Part shown: positions 1-11,920 of the stretch, piece by piece
Layout: every line of letters begins with the position of its first letter
Position numbering within the stretch: the stretch's first letter is position 1
Source: Octopus sinensis
Lineage: Eukaryota
Length of the DNA: 64,000 bases
Direction: 5' to 3'
NCBI RefSeq assembly: GCF_006345805.1
Contig: NW_021836161.1
Location: forward strand, 4,973-68,972
Translations under genes and position numbers: made by a program
Notes under the pieces: model-generated
Databases searched by the model: none
What the model was told of the DNA's origin: nothing
Seen by the model: the letters and a program-made list of their open reading frames with translations, nothing else

Positions 1-7
1 ACACACA

Positions 8-51
<44 letters not shown>

Positions 52-217
52 TACGACGGGCTTCTTTCACTTTCCATCTACCAAATCCACTCACAAGGCT
101 TTGGTCGGCCCGAGGCCATAGTAGAAGACACTTGACCAAGGTGCCACGCAGTGGGACTGAACCCGGAACCATATGGTTGGTAAACAAGCTACTTACCACA
201 CAGCCACTCCTGCGCCT
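1..217 (-). mobile_element. SINE family A, 5' half (tRNA-like head + CORE-like block) plus internal microsatellite; cut by window edge
   Basis: Reverse complement begins AGGCGCAGGAGTGGCTGTGTGGTAAG...GGTTCAGTCCC...CACCTTGGtCAAGTGTCTTCT and matches the other family A copies. Confidence 0.85.
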
Positions 218-625
218 ATCTATCTGTATATATATATATATTTCTAACTTTATCTGCTGTAACTATTCTATGCTTTATTTATACCTCATTTGCACTCTTT
301 AATACAAAGTAACTCTTCTCGAGTGACGCCAAAAAGTTTCCTCGTCCGTCTTCCATTTTTGATCTATATCAGTATGTATATAAATATTTAAATATCGCAC
401 ACACACACTTACACTGTCACAGAAATATGCACACACTAATTAGACAGATGATTATATATACATGTGTGTGCTATGGACATAGTAAGAATTTATAAAGCAT
501 ATAAACCACAGCGTGCGAATATCGGGACACGCACAGCATTCGAAGTTTATCGAAAGTGCTTTTAATCCAACATTTGCGAGTTATTATTTATAGTTTTTCT
601 ACAAGTCCAACCATTAAAAACGAAT

Positions 626-631
626 TATATA

Positions 632-687
<56 letters not shown>

Positions 688-717
688 GGTATGTATGTAT
701 GTATGTATGTATGTATG

Positions 718-751
<34 letters not shown>

Positions 752-791
752 TGTATGCATGCATGCATGCATGCATGTATGTATGTATGTA
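626..791. repeat. Compound microsatellite (TA)n-(TATG)n-(CATG)n
   Basis: Direct reading; explains ORFs 556-946. Confidence 0.95.
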
Positions 792-989
792 AGTAATAAT
801 CTCAAGCACATGGCTATGCAAAATGCATGAAATGATAGTACCCAAAGAGAGCAAATGCTTGAGCATCGGATGTCAGGAATAAAACTTGTGATAACGGCAT
901 TAAACAAACTCCAACTTTGGGGTGACAAGCGAAACGAAACTTGCAACGGCCAACTCTGTTTTTATTAGCTTACGAAGAGGAGCAACGGC

Positions 990-1490
990 AGCGGCCATAA
1001 AATTGCGGAGATCAAGGAACAGAAGAGAAGAAATTTGTCATTGAATGGGTACAAACTGGAACACTGAAATAAGTTCAAATATCTTGGAAATGTTATAGCA
1101 ATTTTCTTTAGAAAATGAATTTAATAGAAGATTTTTAGAAAGCAGTTCAAGCAATGAAAATCCTATCAAATATGTGGAAACCACTGAGATGTGCGATTCA
1201 TACGTTAATTATCCTATATATATATATATATATATACATCAATAGTAAAAAGTGTTTTCGTATAAAGAAGAAAGTAGCATTATAGCGAACACTGTATATC
1301 GAAACATTTAAAGGTTTTAAAAATACTGAAGCATTGATAAGATGATCAGAGATGAAAGGATAATATTTTGTGGCAGATGAAGTGATCCTAGCAAAAATAG
1401 CATATATCGCTAAAGAAATGCTAAAGCCGGCAAATATTGGGACACTGAGGCTAAGTTTTGCCAGGGGTGATCATCGCTAATAGATTTTAT
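990..1490 (+). pseudogene. Degraded RTE-type LINE reverse-transcriptase C-terminal relic
   Basis: Translates to RNLSLNGYKLEH*NKFKYLGNVI, resembling the LE.V..FKYLGS motif of RTE RTs; stops and a TA insertion. Confidence 0.45.
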
Positions 1491-1580
1491 TCTGTTTCAT
1501 TTTATGTTCCCAGGTCGGGGTGTGGTTCCTTGGTTGCATATGGATAGGGCAAAGTTGAAGAAGAAAGGATCGTGTTATCT

Positions 1581-1994
1581 TATTTCTTTACTGCCCACAA
1601 AGGGCTACACACAGAGGGGACAAACAAAGACAAACGGGTTTAGTCGATTATATCGACACCAGTGCATAACTGGTACTTATTTAATCGACCCCGAAAGGAT
1701 GAAAGGCAAAGTCGATATCGGCGGAATTTGAACTGAAAACGTACCGGCAGACGAAATACCTATTTCTTTATTACCCACAAGGGGCTAAACACAGAGGGGA
1801 CAAACAAGAACAGACATAGGTATTAAATCTATTACATCGACCCCAGTGCGTAACTGGTACTTAATTTATCGACCCCGAAAGGATGAAAGGCTAAGTCGAC
1901 CTCGGCGGAATTTGAACTGACAACGTACCGGCAGACGAAATACCGCTAAGCATTTCGCCCGGCGTGCTAACGTTTCTGCCAGCTCGCCGCCTTT
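1581..1994 (-). mobile_element. SINE family B, head-to-tail dimer (full unit + unit lacking about 55 nt of 5' end)
   Basis: Head AAGGCGGCGAGCTGGCAGAAACGTTAGC, B-box-like GTTCAAATTCC, tail AAAGAAATA; junction at 1760/1761; TSD GTGTTATCT 1572-1580 and 1995-2003. Confidence 0.9.
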
Positions 1995-2279
1995 GTGTTA
2001 TCTGAATAAGGATTGTGTTATCTGCATAAGTTTGAGCAATGTTCAATATGGTGGCAAGTTGGCCGTTGATATGTAGCATGAAGTCAATCCGTTATAAAGC
2101 AGAACTGTTGAAGACGAGATTAGGAAATAAAGAACTGAGTCAGTAAATGACAGGATGTTAAAAAACAGGAAGCTTTCGATCTCAGAGACGAGAGAGGGTG
2201 GTATTCATAGAGAGTTGAAAGGAGTTGTGCATCCTAGACACAGTTGAAGGTTTGTTCTAGGCCAACGATATTGCTATGG

Positions 2280-2511
2280 AGGCGGCGAGCTGGCAGAGAC
2301 GTTAGCACGCCGGTCGAAGTGCTCCGCAGTATTTCGCCCGTCGCTACGTTCTGAGTTCAAATTCCGCCGAGGTCGACTTTGCCTTTCATCCTTTCGGGGT
2401 CGATAAATTAAGTACCAGTTACGTACTGGGGTCGATGTAATCGACTTAATCCGTTTGTCTGTCCTTGTTTGTCCCCTCTGTGTTTAGCCCCTTGTAGGTA
2501 ATAAAGAAACA
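2280..2511 (+). mobile_element. SINE family B, full monomer
   Basis: Matches family consensus; TSD GATATTGC 2267-2274 and 2512-2519. Confidence 0.9.
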
Positions 2512-2682
2512 GATATTGCCTTGGAGCAATTTCTAAAGAGGAAGTCTATTTGGGAGAAACAATTATACTCGGTGATTAATGTGTTGAGGGAGAGAAAGGG
2601 AGAGTGAGACAGACAGGAGAGACTGAGCGATTCAATGTGTTTAAGACGGACCTTGTTAATGGATGTCTCTAGTATCTCAGAT

Positions 2683-3070
2683 GTGGAGGCGCAATGGCCC
2701 AGTGGTTAGGGCAGCGGACTCGCGGTCGTAGGATCGCGGTTTCGATTCCCAGACCGGGCGTTGTGAGTGTTTATTGAGCGAAAACACCTAAAAGCTCCAC
2801 GAGGCTCCGGCAGGGGATGGTGGTGATCCCTGCTGTACTCTTTCACCACAACTTTCTCTCACTCTTACTTCCTGTTTCTGTTGTACCTGTATTTCAAAGG
2901 GCCGGCCTTGTCACTCTCTGTGTCACGCTGAATATCCCCGAGAACTACGTTAAGGGTACACGTGTCTGTGGAGTGCTCAGCCTCTTACACGTTAATTTCA
3001 CAAGCAGGCTGTTCCGTTGATCGGATCAACCGGAACCTTCGTCGTCGTAACCGACGGAGTGCTTCCATCC
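2683..3070 (+). mobile_element. SINE family C (tRNA-Arg-like head, young)
   Basis: A-box TGGCCCAGTGG, B-box GGTTTCGATTCC; TSD AGTATCTCAGAT 2671-2682 and 3071-3082; near-identical copies elsewhere in the window. Confidence 0.95.
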
Positions 3071-3315
3071 AGTATCTCAGATATGTTAGATATGAGAGAA
3101 GCAGGTTGATAGTTAGCTGAGACGGAGAAGGATGCTTTCTTTGTAATGGGCCACAGTGAGACATACTTCCAAGCGTAAACGTATATCCTCAAGGGAGTGA
3201 GAGACTGAAGTGTTCTGAGTGTAAAAGTATATTCTGAGGCACAAAATTTGCATGAGATAGACAGGGAATATTTAAGTTGGTGGACTTTGTTTCAAGCAAC
3301 TGCAGGTATTTCCGC

Positions 3316-3629
3316 ACTTAGTTAGTTAGTTAATTTTTGGCTCAAAAAGCAAAAAGCAAGACCATAAAATGGGACATGGAGTTATGTACAGGGTGGTGTT
3401 CATGTAAAGAGTTTAGGCCACTTGAGGTCAAGGGAGACTTTGAACAAAGCGGTCACCAGCATCTTCACCATCTCGTCTGGCAGCTTGTTCCACGGATCCG
3501 CAACCCGGACGGAGAAAGCCCCTCTCCTTCGATTGAGATGAAATCGTCACAGATAGAGATTTTTGGAATGACCCCGAAAGCCGACGCTCTGGAGCAGGAG
3601 TGAAGAACAGCCCTTCCGAGAGGTTACAC
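3316..3629 (-). mobile_element. CR1-clade LINE 3' fragment with (TAAC)n tail
   Basis: Translates LRGHSKNLYL*RFHLNRRRGAFSVRVADPWNKLPDEMV...LFKVSLD, the CR1 ORF2 C-terminal signature; TSD TTTCCGC 3309-3315 and 3630-3636. Confidence 0.85.
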
Positions 3630-3756
3630 TTTCCGCTTATATGTATTGATAGTGGGAAGTCAAAGCAGGCAGATGTAGCGGAAATTAGCTAAGGATGTGT
3701 AACCTTCTGGAATGAATGCAAGTGGGTTTCTGACACTACAGCTTCTACATGGGGAT

Positions 3757-4136
3757 GGATGGAAGCACTCCGTCGGTTACGACGACGAGGGTTCCGGTTG
3801 ATCCGAATCAACGGAACAGCCTGCTCGTGAAATTAACGTGTAAGTGGCTGAGCACTCCAAGACACTGTACCCTTAATGTAGTTCTCGGGGATATTCAGCG
3901 TGACACAGAGAGTGACAAGGCCGGCCCTTTGAATACAGTACAACAGAAACAGGAAGTAAGAAAAAGTTGTGGTGAAAGAGTACAGCAGGGATCACCACCA
4001 TCCCCTGCCGGAGACTCGTGGAGCTTTTTAGGTGTTTTCGCTCAATAAACACTCACAACGCCCGGTCTGGGAATTGAAACCGCGATCCTATGACCGCGAG
4101 TCCGCTGCCCTAACCACTGGGCCATTGCGCCTCCAC
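3757..4136 (-). mobile_element. SINE family C, full, flanked by a 119-bp direct repeat
   Basis: Reverse complement of the 2683-3070 copy; direct repeat 3638-3756 and 4144-4262. Confidence 0.95.
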
Positions 4137-4549
4137 ATTGGCGTATATGTATTGATAGTGGGAATTTAAAGCAGGCAGATGTAGCGGAAATTAGCTAAGG
4201 ATGTGTAACCTTGTGGAATGAATGCAAGTGGGTTTCTGACACTACAGCTTCTACATGGGGATACTACTCATAAAGCCAGCATTGTTCAGAGGAAGAGAAA
4301 ACGGGTAATACGCAAACCTGGAGTGCAATATTTTTGGCAAGGCTCCAAAACATTAGTTGGAAATAGAAAAGCGAGAAAGTTTGAGGAATTTGCGATTTAA
4401 GAAGACAATCTTTTTTCACACTTGTTGTCTTATAAGTGTTATGCTATTGTTTGTGAACCGGTTGGCATACTTCAGGCGTTGTAATCTCTAATATTTGCTA
4501 GAATAAGCTGTTGCATAATTAACTGCGTGTAAATGCATGTATATATGTA

Positions 4550-4558
4550 TGCACGCAA

Positions 4559-4593
<35 letters not shown>

Positions 4594-4895
4594 ATATATA
4601 TATGTGTGTGTATGTGTTTGTGTCTTTGTGTGTATATATGTGTGTGTGTGTGTGTGTTTGTGTCTTTGTGTGTGAACGCATGTGTGTATATATGTGTGTG
4701 TGTGTGTGTATGTGTTTGTGTCTTTGTGTGTATATATGTGTGTGTGTGTGTATGTGTTTGTGTCTTTGTGTGTGAACGCATGTATGCATATGTATGTGTG
4801 TTTGTGTTTGTGTCTTTGTGTGTGAACGCATGTGTGTATATATATGTGTGTGTGTGTGTCTTTGTGTGTGAACGCATGTGTGTATATATATGTGA
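4550..4895. repeat. TA/TG microsatellite with higher-order unit TGTGTTTGTGTCTTTGTGTGTGAACGCA
   Basis: Direct reading. Confidence 0.9.
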
Positions 4896-4924
4896 GAATC
4901 ATAACATGAAATTTAATTGTTGCT

Positions 4925-5170
4925 TCTATTATTATTATTATTATTATTGATTCAAATATATCACATGATGATTTAATGAGTAGGAATGCTATCTTGATAT
5001 TTCTTGACAACAATAATCTGCAAATCTTCAGAATCTCTCTAAGGATTCTTGCACAACACCGGATGCCGATTTTTACAAATTGATAATACACGTCACAATT
5101 CCAATATCCTTCTGCCGCATAAGTGGCATTAGAGTGCTGTGCCAAATTCACCTCATTCCGCAGAAACAAT
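4925..5170 (-). pseudogene. Possible 3' end of a restriction-like-endonuclease LINE (R4/Dong/NeSL-like) with (AAT)n tail
   Basis: GIVTCIINL*KSA and ARILREIL across frames resemble the terminal LQK.A.LGTARILR.VL motif; followed by (TAA)n. Confidence 0.45.
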
Positions 5171-5419
5171 TGACACCTTTACGTTTCTCAATCTCTTACT
5201 CTCTTTGACTAGATACCGATATTTCTCACATTTCTCATTTTATATATGCACTCTCTCACCATATTGTGTTCCAAAGTCTATGATCTAATACAGTTTTTCT
5301 TTTTCTACTTTAGTATACAATCATAACTGCTACCTTTGATTTAATAATCCTCACTTTTTATGCAAAAATCCAATAAAATCCTGTAATTATCACTAATAAT
5401 TACAGCTTATACTTCATGT

Positions 5420-5533
5420 TATTTCTTTATTGCCCACGAGGGGCTAAACATAGAGGGGACAAACAAGGACAGACAAACGGAGTAAGTCGATTATATCGAC
5501 CCCAGTGCGTAACTGGTACTTAATTTATCGACT
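5420..5533 (-). mobile_element. SINE family B, 5'-truncated
   Basis: 3' about 115 nt of the consensus. Confidence 0.85.
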
Positions 5534-6559
5534 GTTGAATTTCTGTAGAAGATTTTTGGTACGAACTCATTTTTGTTTAAGATTAGATACAATTGCTTTA
5601 AAACCAGCAATTTTGATGAGGTGCATTGTATCAGTTATGCAAGTGGAGTAAATATGGAATGAGAACTTTTCAATTTGAATTATTTTACTCGCAACCAGTG
5701 GCTGGTCTATAATCACCATTGAATCCAAACATTAGTAATGAATTGTTATCACAATTAGAATAGGCAACCTGAAATGACTACAGGAAGACAAAGATGAGTG
5801 ACAAATGTTAATAACCTTGAAGCACTACACGAAGATGTTTGAAACCGGTGTCAAGTCAACAAGTTTAGAGTCAGTAAATCAAGTGAAAACTTATCTTAAT
5901 CCATTACTTATTCACAGAAAAAGAATTCCGATGTTTATCAGTTACAAACAACAAAAGGGTCAATCATGCCACAAGTTCGGTTATGAAGGTTTTTGTTCAG
6001 CTAATCATTGAAGGGAAGTAAGCAAATGTCTACCCATTCAAGGGAAGTAAGCAAAATGCCTCGTTCTAAGTTTTCTGCTCGTTAAATCAAGTAAATGCAA
6101 TATATTCTTGTTTGAAAGTGGATAAAAATAAACAACTAAATATTTAATTGATTCAATAAGCGATACTTCAGTTAAACTACAGTTAGAGACAGCAACTGAC
6201 ATCATGATGATATCTCGCAAAGCTTGGAGGTAACTTAGTTGAATGATAGTTGACACAGAACCCATTGCTAAGAATGCATCAGATGATAATTCACAATTTA
6301 TAGGTATGATAAAATGTACTCGTACAGTACACTTTGATTCAAATCTTTTTTAAGGGAGCTGCTTAGTTTTATTTCGTTTAGATAGGATTACTGAACTAGG
6401 CTTATGTAGTGAGCCACTGAACTCGATTTGCTTATATTGGGACGCTTCGAGTGGTTCTAACAATTTGTTCATTCCAAGTTGCATTAACTGATTCTTTAAC
6501 ACATTTACTGAAAGAAAAATACCCTCTCGTTTTCATGGCTTCGTGTGGCGGGGGCTTTG

Positions 6560-7075
6560 TGAATTATACAAAGTAAGTTTGTTGTTAGTCTAATCCAAAA
6601 CCTGTATTTAGGTCTCACTCACCAGTTCCATCTCAAGACGACGAGAGTTAGAACCATAATAAAACCAATTCAACGTGGTCAGAGAGATTAGTTGATACTT
6701 TTGAGTTAAGAGGGAAGAAAACCAACGCTGAAATAATACCAAAGTTTTACTGGTTCATTGATCATGACCTAGATGCCCCTGAAGAGATGTCACCAGCAGA
6801 ACTTATGTTGCGGAGAATAATTCGAGCAACCATAGAGAATGTTCTGCTACATGATTGTTGAAAAGAAATAAAACAACGTTTAAATGACTAGTACAAGAGG
6901 TACAAGACGCAGTTCCGTCCGGAAAAATCAGTGTGGGTACGGCAATTTAGAAAGGAAAATTCAGTTTGGTCGTCCGGTAGAGTTTACATGCGACATGGAA
7001 AAGTTACTTATGAAATTCGAATGGGTATTCAAATCTGGATAATTCATGTTAATCATCTAAAAATAAAAGAGAGAA
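6560..7075 (+). pseudogene. Ty3/Gypsy integrase relic
   Basis: GQ.ERLVDTF, SPAELMLRRIIRATI and FRPEKSVWVRQF...WSSGRV...GKVTYEI...HVNHLK motifs; frameshifted; no LTRs found. Confidence 0.65.
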
Positions 7076-7439
7076 ATAATTCTGAATGATAGAGATCAAA
7101 GAAGCGGAATAACTCTGAACATTCTGATAGAAGGATTCAGTTTACCTTCATCACACTGACATACTCAAAAGAACGATTTTTGAAGTCAGACTCCAAACGC
7201 CAAATAGGATAAATTTAGATCCGCACAAAATGTCCTTTGACAATAGAATTTAATTTTTGAGGGGAAATTTGTTAGGGATAAGATGATCAATAAGTTAATG
7301 TGGCATGTGGACGTGGGGTTCATCTCACCGCGTCTCTCACATGTGGGCATTGTTGCTGAGGATTTTTGTTTAACAGGCAATTTGTTTTGCCGATTGTTAT
7401 AATACTGCATTTATTCAAGGAAAAAGAGCTCTTTCTTCT

Positions 7440-7870
7440 TCGCTGGCATGTAGTAGTTTATAATTAGCTTGTCTGCTACTTCAGGCTCAAAATCACAATC
7501 ACAGCTATTTGTCTTGTCGCTTTTCCTTCTGTTCCTGAATTCTCTTACTTACCTTCAATACATTTTTGGCTAGAACGCACTATTCTTTGGTCACGACATA
7601 CCACAGAGCGTTCCAAGACCGATTTCACTGTACTGGTGTTGTATTATACCTTTAACAAACCCCATCGCTTCCATTCTTGGTAAATAAAACCAGTGGATAT
7701 TCTATTGATATTAGCCGTATGTAATTCTTGTAGATCTCTGTTTCCACACTTCTGAAAAAGAGCTGAGTATCTCAACACTAGTATGACTCGTGTATTGCCT
7801 ATCTTGATAGTAATTTTTCCATTCAGTCTTGATTCCTTCGAATGCTGTATGACTATAAGGATGATCACAA
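7440..7870 (-). pseudogene. Possible degraded LINE AP-endonuclease relic
   Basis: Weak motif resemblance only (ESRLNG, DGVC, VIVIL). Confidence 0.3.
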
Positions 7871-7903
7871 TACATAATTACCTATTATCAATGACTTATT
7901 ATC

Positions 7904-8065
7904 AGACGCAGGCGTTTCTGTGTGGTAAGTAGCTTGCTTACCAACCACATAGTTCCCGGTTCAGACCCACTGCGTAGCACCTTGGGCAACTGTCTTCTAC
8001 TATAGCCTTGGGCCGACCAAAGCCTTGTGAGTAGATTTGGTAGACGGAAACTGAAAGCAGCCTGT

Positions 8066-8122
<57 letters not shown>

Positions 8123-8330
8123 TTGTGTGTCTGTGTTTTGTGCCCCCATCATCGCTTGAGAACTGATGCTGGTGTGTTTAAGTCCCCGTAACTTAGCGGT
8201 TCAGCAAAAGAGACTTATAGAATTAGTACTAGGTTTACTGGGGTCGATTTGCTTTACTAAGATCGATTTGCTCGACTAAGGGCGGTGCTCTAGCATGGCC
8301 GCAGTCAATTGACTGAAACAAATAAATGAG
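7904..8330 (+). mobile_element. SINE family A, full (5' half, TA/TG tract, 3' half)
   Basis: Matches the other copies; ends GCAGTCAATTGACTGAAACAAATAAA. Confidence 0.9.
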
Positions 8331-8586
8331 AGACTACAATATCCTGCTTTTTCTTTCTTTCCTACTATTCTTTCTAGTCGCAAAAATTATGTTTCGTATC
8401 ACCCTCATTTCATTGTTTTCCAGGACTATTATTTCTTTTACCACAAAATGACCCTAACTCTTCTTTCTCAAAACCACAGCTAATGACCTCACCCATTTTG
8501 GTATTAATCGCACACTAGCCCTCGACCTTTTGCTAGAATATGAATTCTACAGTCTTCCCAATCATACCATATTTATTTTCGAATGT

Positions 8587-9003
8587 GTGGAGGCGCAATG
8601 GCCCAGTGGTTAGGGCAGCGGACTCGCGGTCATAGGATCGCGGTTTCGATTCCCAGACCGGGCGTTGTGAGTGTTTATTGAGCGAAAACACCTAAAGCTC
8701 CGCGAGGCTCCGGCAGGGGATGGTGGTGATCCCTGCTGTACTCTTTCACCACAACTTTCTTTCACCACAACTTTCTTTCACCACAACTTTCTCTCACTCT
8801 TACTTCCTGTTTCTGTTGTACCTGTATTTCAAAGGGCCAGCCTTGTCACTCTCTGTGTCACGCTGAATATCCCCGAAAACTACGTTAAGGGTGCACGTGT
8901 CTGTGGAGTGCTCAGCCACTTACACGTTAATTTCACGAGCAGGCTGTTCCGTTGATTCGGATCAACCGGAACCCTCATCGTCGTAACCGACGGAGTGCTT
9001 CCA
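8587..9003 (+). mobile_element. SINE family C with internal triplication of a 16-bp unit
   Basis: Consensus match; TTTCACCACAACTTTC x3 at about 8744-8791; TSD TTCGAAT 8578-8584 and 9006-9012. Confidence 0.95.
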
Positions 9004-9500
9004 TATTCGAATCTACAATCTCGACGATCTATAGTTGTTTTAACACTTTTTTCTGTAAGGTCATTTTGCTGTAGAGCTAAAAATCATTATTTCAGACTTT
9101 TCTTCAATACTTTTCAGTTAACCTGAATCAGCTGTATATGTTATGCTTAATCTATTTTCTATCTATAAAATGCACTCAAAACAGAGTTTCTTTTCTTTAA
9201 CGTTTGATTTCTTCTTTTCCACAATTTCCCGTTTTCTATATTTGGATTTTAAACAATCTAGATATTATTCTGCATATGCGAACTCTTCTCAGAGTTTCCG
9301 CTTTTTTGTTCCACACGGGCGCAAGGTATCTAGATAGTCTGTGTGGTTAAGAAGATTGCTCTTCAACCCATTGTTCGGGTCCAGTCCCACTACACCGCAT
9401 CTTGAATGGGTGTCTTCTACTCTAGTATTGTGCGTGGATTTGGTGGACAGAATCTTCAAAAAATCCTGTCGTATATATATATATATATATATATATATAC

Positions 9501-9712
9501 TATTTCTTTACTACCCACAAGGGGCTAAACACGGAGGGGGACGAACAAGGACAGACAAACAGAATAAGTCGATTATATCGACCTCAGTGCGTAACTGGTA
9601 CTTATTTAATCGACCCCGAAAGGATGAAAGGCAAAGTCGACTTCGGCGGAATTTGAACTCAGGACGTAGCGACAGACGAAATGCTGCTGAGCATTTCGCC
9701 CGGCGTGCTGAC
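9501..9712 (-). mobile_element. SINE family B inserted at the TA tract of a degraded family A 5' half (about 9340-9480, +)
   Basis: Consensus match. Confidence 0.85.
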
Positions 9713-9721
9713 TCCTTCTCG

Positions 9722-10007
9722 AGCCACGCCTGTCTCATAAGAGGCGGTTTCCCGGTTTCCTTGGCGTATACGTTCCCCAACTGGATGGGACGCCGGTCCA
9801 TCGCAGGTGAGTTACAAGATGCAGGAGGAAGGGATGAGAGAAAGTTGTGGTGAAAAAGTCAGCAGAAGTTCGCCATTACCTTCTGCCGGAGCCGCGTGCA
9901 CCCTAGGGGATTCGCTCATAAACACACACATCACCCGGTCTGAGATTCGAACCCGCGATCCCTCAACCGCGAGTCCGCTGCTCTAACCACTAGGCCATGT
10001 CCCTCCA
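9722..10007 (-). mobile_element. Family C sister SINE: same head and centre, different 3' part
   Basis: 9830-10007 is homologous to the family C 5' 180 nt; 9722-9830 is unrelated to the family C tail. Confidence 0.75.
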
Positions 10008-10008
10008 G

Positions 10009-10046
<38 letters not shown>

Positions 10047-10190
10047 TATATATACACACACACAAGTGTATAAACGTTGAATTTGGATTCATCCTTTAAG
10101 TGGAGGTTTCCAAAAAGATTTCAAATGCTGATTCTTCATACATTCCTGGGAGTTTACAAGAGTAAATTTGCGAAGATATGAAATTAGTAT

Positions 10191-10974
10191 TTGTATATAA
10201 TATATGGTGAATTTATGGAATGAAGTTCCATAAAGCCCATCAATTTTCTTTAAAATGGAGGAGACAAGTTGTTAAAATTTATAAGAAGCTTAATTCTTGC
10301 AGACGATCGTTTCGCACAGATAAAATCAGAATATAAATTCATGATTGAATTAAAGTAAATTAATTAAATATCGACGTATTATCTAGTATTAGCTTCTCAT
10401 ATACCACTTCCTCGCGATAAACCTCATGCCTAAGTATAGAAATTGTAAAAATACTCTATACTACGTATTGATTTCAGCGGTTAGTTCTAATTTTCATTTA
10501 AATTCAGGATTGTATTCCCTTTGCACATTTCTCATACTTATTTGTCCCACGCTTCTTATGTGGCGCTATAATTTCTAACTTCCATACTCACCTATAGAGG
10601 GGACATCTCCGACACATCTTTACTTATATTCTAAAATAACCGTTGAAGCCGTTAATTAGGTTAAATATCCGACATGACTCCCATCTCTTTCTCACACAGA
10701 TAAGAATATAAATCTCCTAGATCCATTTTTTTCTGCTATATTTCTTTAAGTTCCTTCTATTGTGGTTTCTTTCCTTCCTGCAGTGAAGAGTACGTTCATA
10801 TTTAATTAATTTAAATTAATTCAATCATGAATTTATATTATTGTTATATCTATACTCGAAACGATCATCTGCAAGAATTAAACTTACAAATTTTAATTTG
10901 CCTACTCCATTTTGAATAAAATTGATGAGATTTATGGAACATCATTCCATAAATTCACAATATATTATATACAA
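10191..10974. repeat. About 185-bp diverged inverted repeats enclosing a 410-bp spacer (foldback/MITE-like)
   Basis: 10191-10378 is the reverse complement of 10791-10974 (about 80-85% by eye). Confidence 0.8.
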
Positions 10975-11920
10975 GTCTATGTATATATATATATATGCAT
11001 ACGTGGTGTTTGAGCGCGTTCGCATAATTTTTCCCTCTACTACTCGGAAAACATTAGTTTGTGTACGGCCCTGTCACTTAACCATTCCTCGGACACCACC
11101 GTTTGAAATTTGAATCAGAATTTCTTATTAAAAAAGAAAAAAAATAAGAACTGGGTTGGGTTTCTTCGACTTAAACCCTTCAAAGCGGTGTTCAACACGG
11201 CCGTAGTCTAATGACTTATAGATGTAGAAGGTTTTAAAAAAATAAAGATCGGAAGTTACACATGTTTTCTCCCTTGTTCTGCTATCACGTCTACACATTT
11301 ATCACACTCACCTTTTGCTCTTTTCCAGAATAACTATTCCACATCTGACCGAGGAAGCAGGTCGTATATTGTAAGTAATTTCCCCGCTTTCTTGCTTATA
11401 TTTTACTACACATTGTTTCATTACTTATTAGTGAAACGTTCGACAAGTTTCCTGCTTCTATAACCTTTCTCGTATTCAAATAACATTTAAATTTGTCGTT
11501 ACTATTTATTGTGCAGTTCCTATTTTTCTATAATTTTTATTTCGTCCCTATCAACTAGTTACGTATATTCATGTATTTCTCCTACACGTTTTGGTTTTTA
11601 CTTGTTCCCGGTTTGAAACTTGATAACCACCAGAGTTATTAATAGATCAATCCCAGTACTTCTTTTGTGAGGCCTCGTACTTAGAGTCTGTCATTATGTT
11701 TTGCTGAAGTAATGCGCTGCGGTGACATAATCAAACCACGACATTTTGCATAACGGTGAAGGATAGAAACACAATGTCACAAACAATATATATATTGTCT
11801 TGAATGGGCTGGAGTATTTCTATTTTGGATGTATTTGGGGTACTTAATTGTGCTCATGACTTAGTGTTTTGCTTCTTCCATGGGTATGAGTAAGTATCTC
11901 ATTTATTTCTTTGCCACATT

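Larger units (their letters stand above)
2004..4470 (-). pseudogene. Old LINE RT relic (CR1/L2/Jockey-group-like), fragmented by nested insertions
   Basis: WKYVSLWPITKKASFSVSANYQPASLISNIS (RT domain 1, cf. WK.A.V.PI.KK...NYRPISL) at about 3085-3175 and HIN...YADNT (cf. YINDL...YADD) at about 2010-2075; boundaries approximate. Confidence 0.6.

Noticed and set aside
2683-2760. tRNA gene calls for SINE heads
   Set aside because: A/B boxes are present, but there is no complete cloverleaf and the sequence continues into SINE body with TSDs.
2817-3020. Recurrent 67-aa ORF MVVIPAVLFHH...SRLFR (also 8671, 23460, 27924, 28578)
   Set aside because: It lies inside near-identical SINE C copies; conservation reflects youth of the SINE, not coding constraint.
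4519-5169. 216-aa ORF as a host gene
   Set aside because: Two thirds is microsatellite; the rest looks like a frameshifted LINE end.
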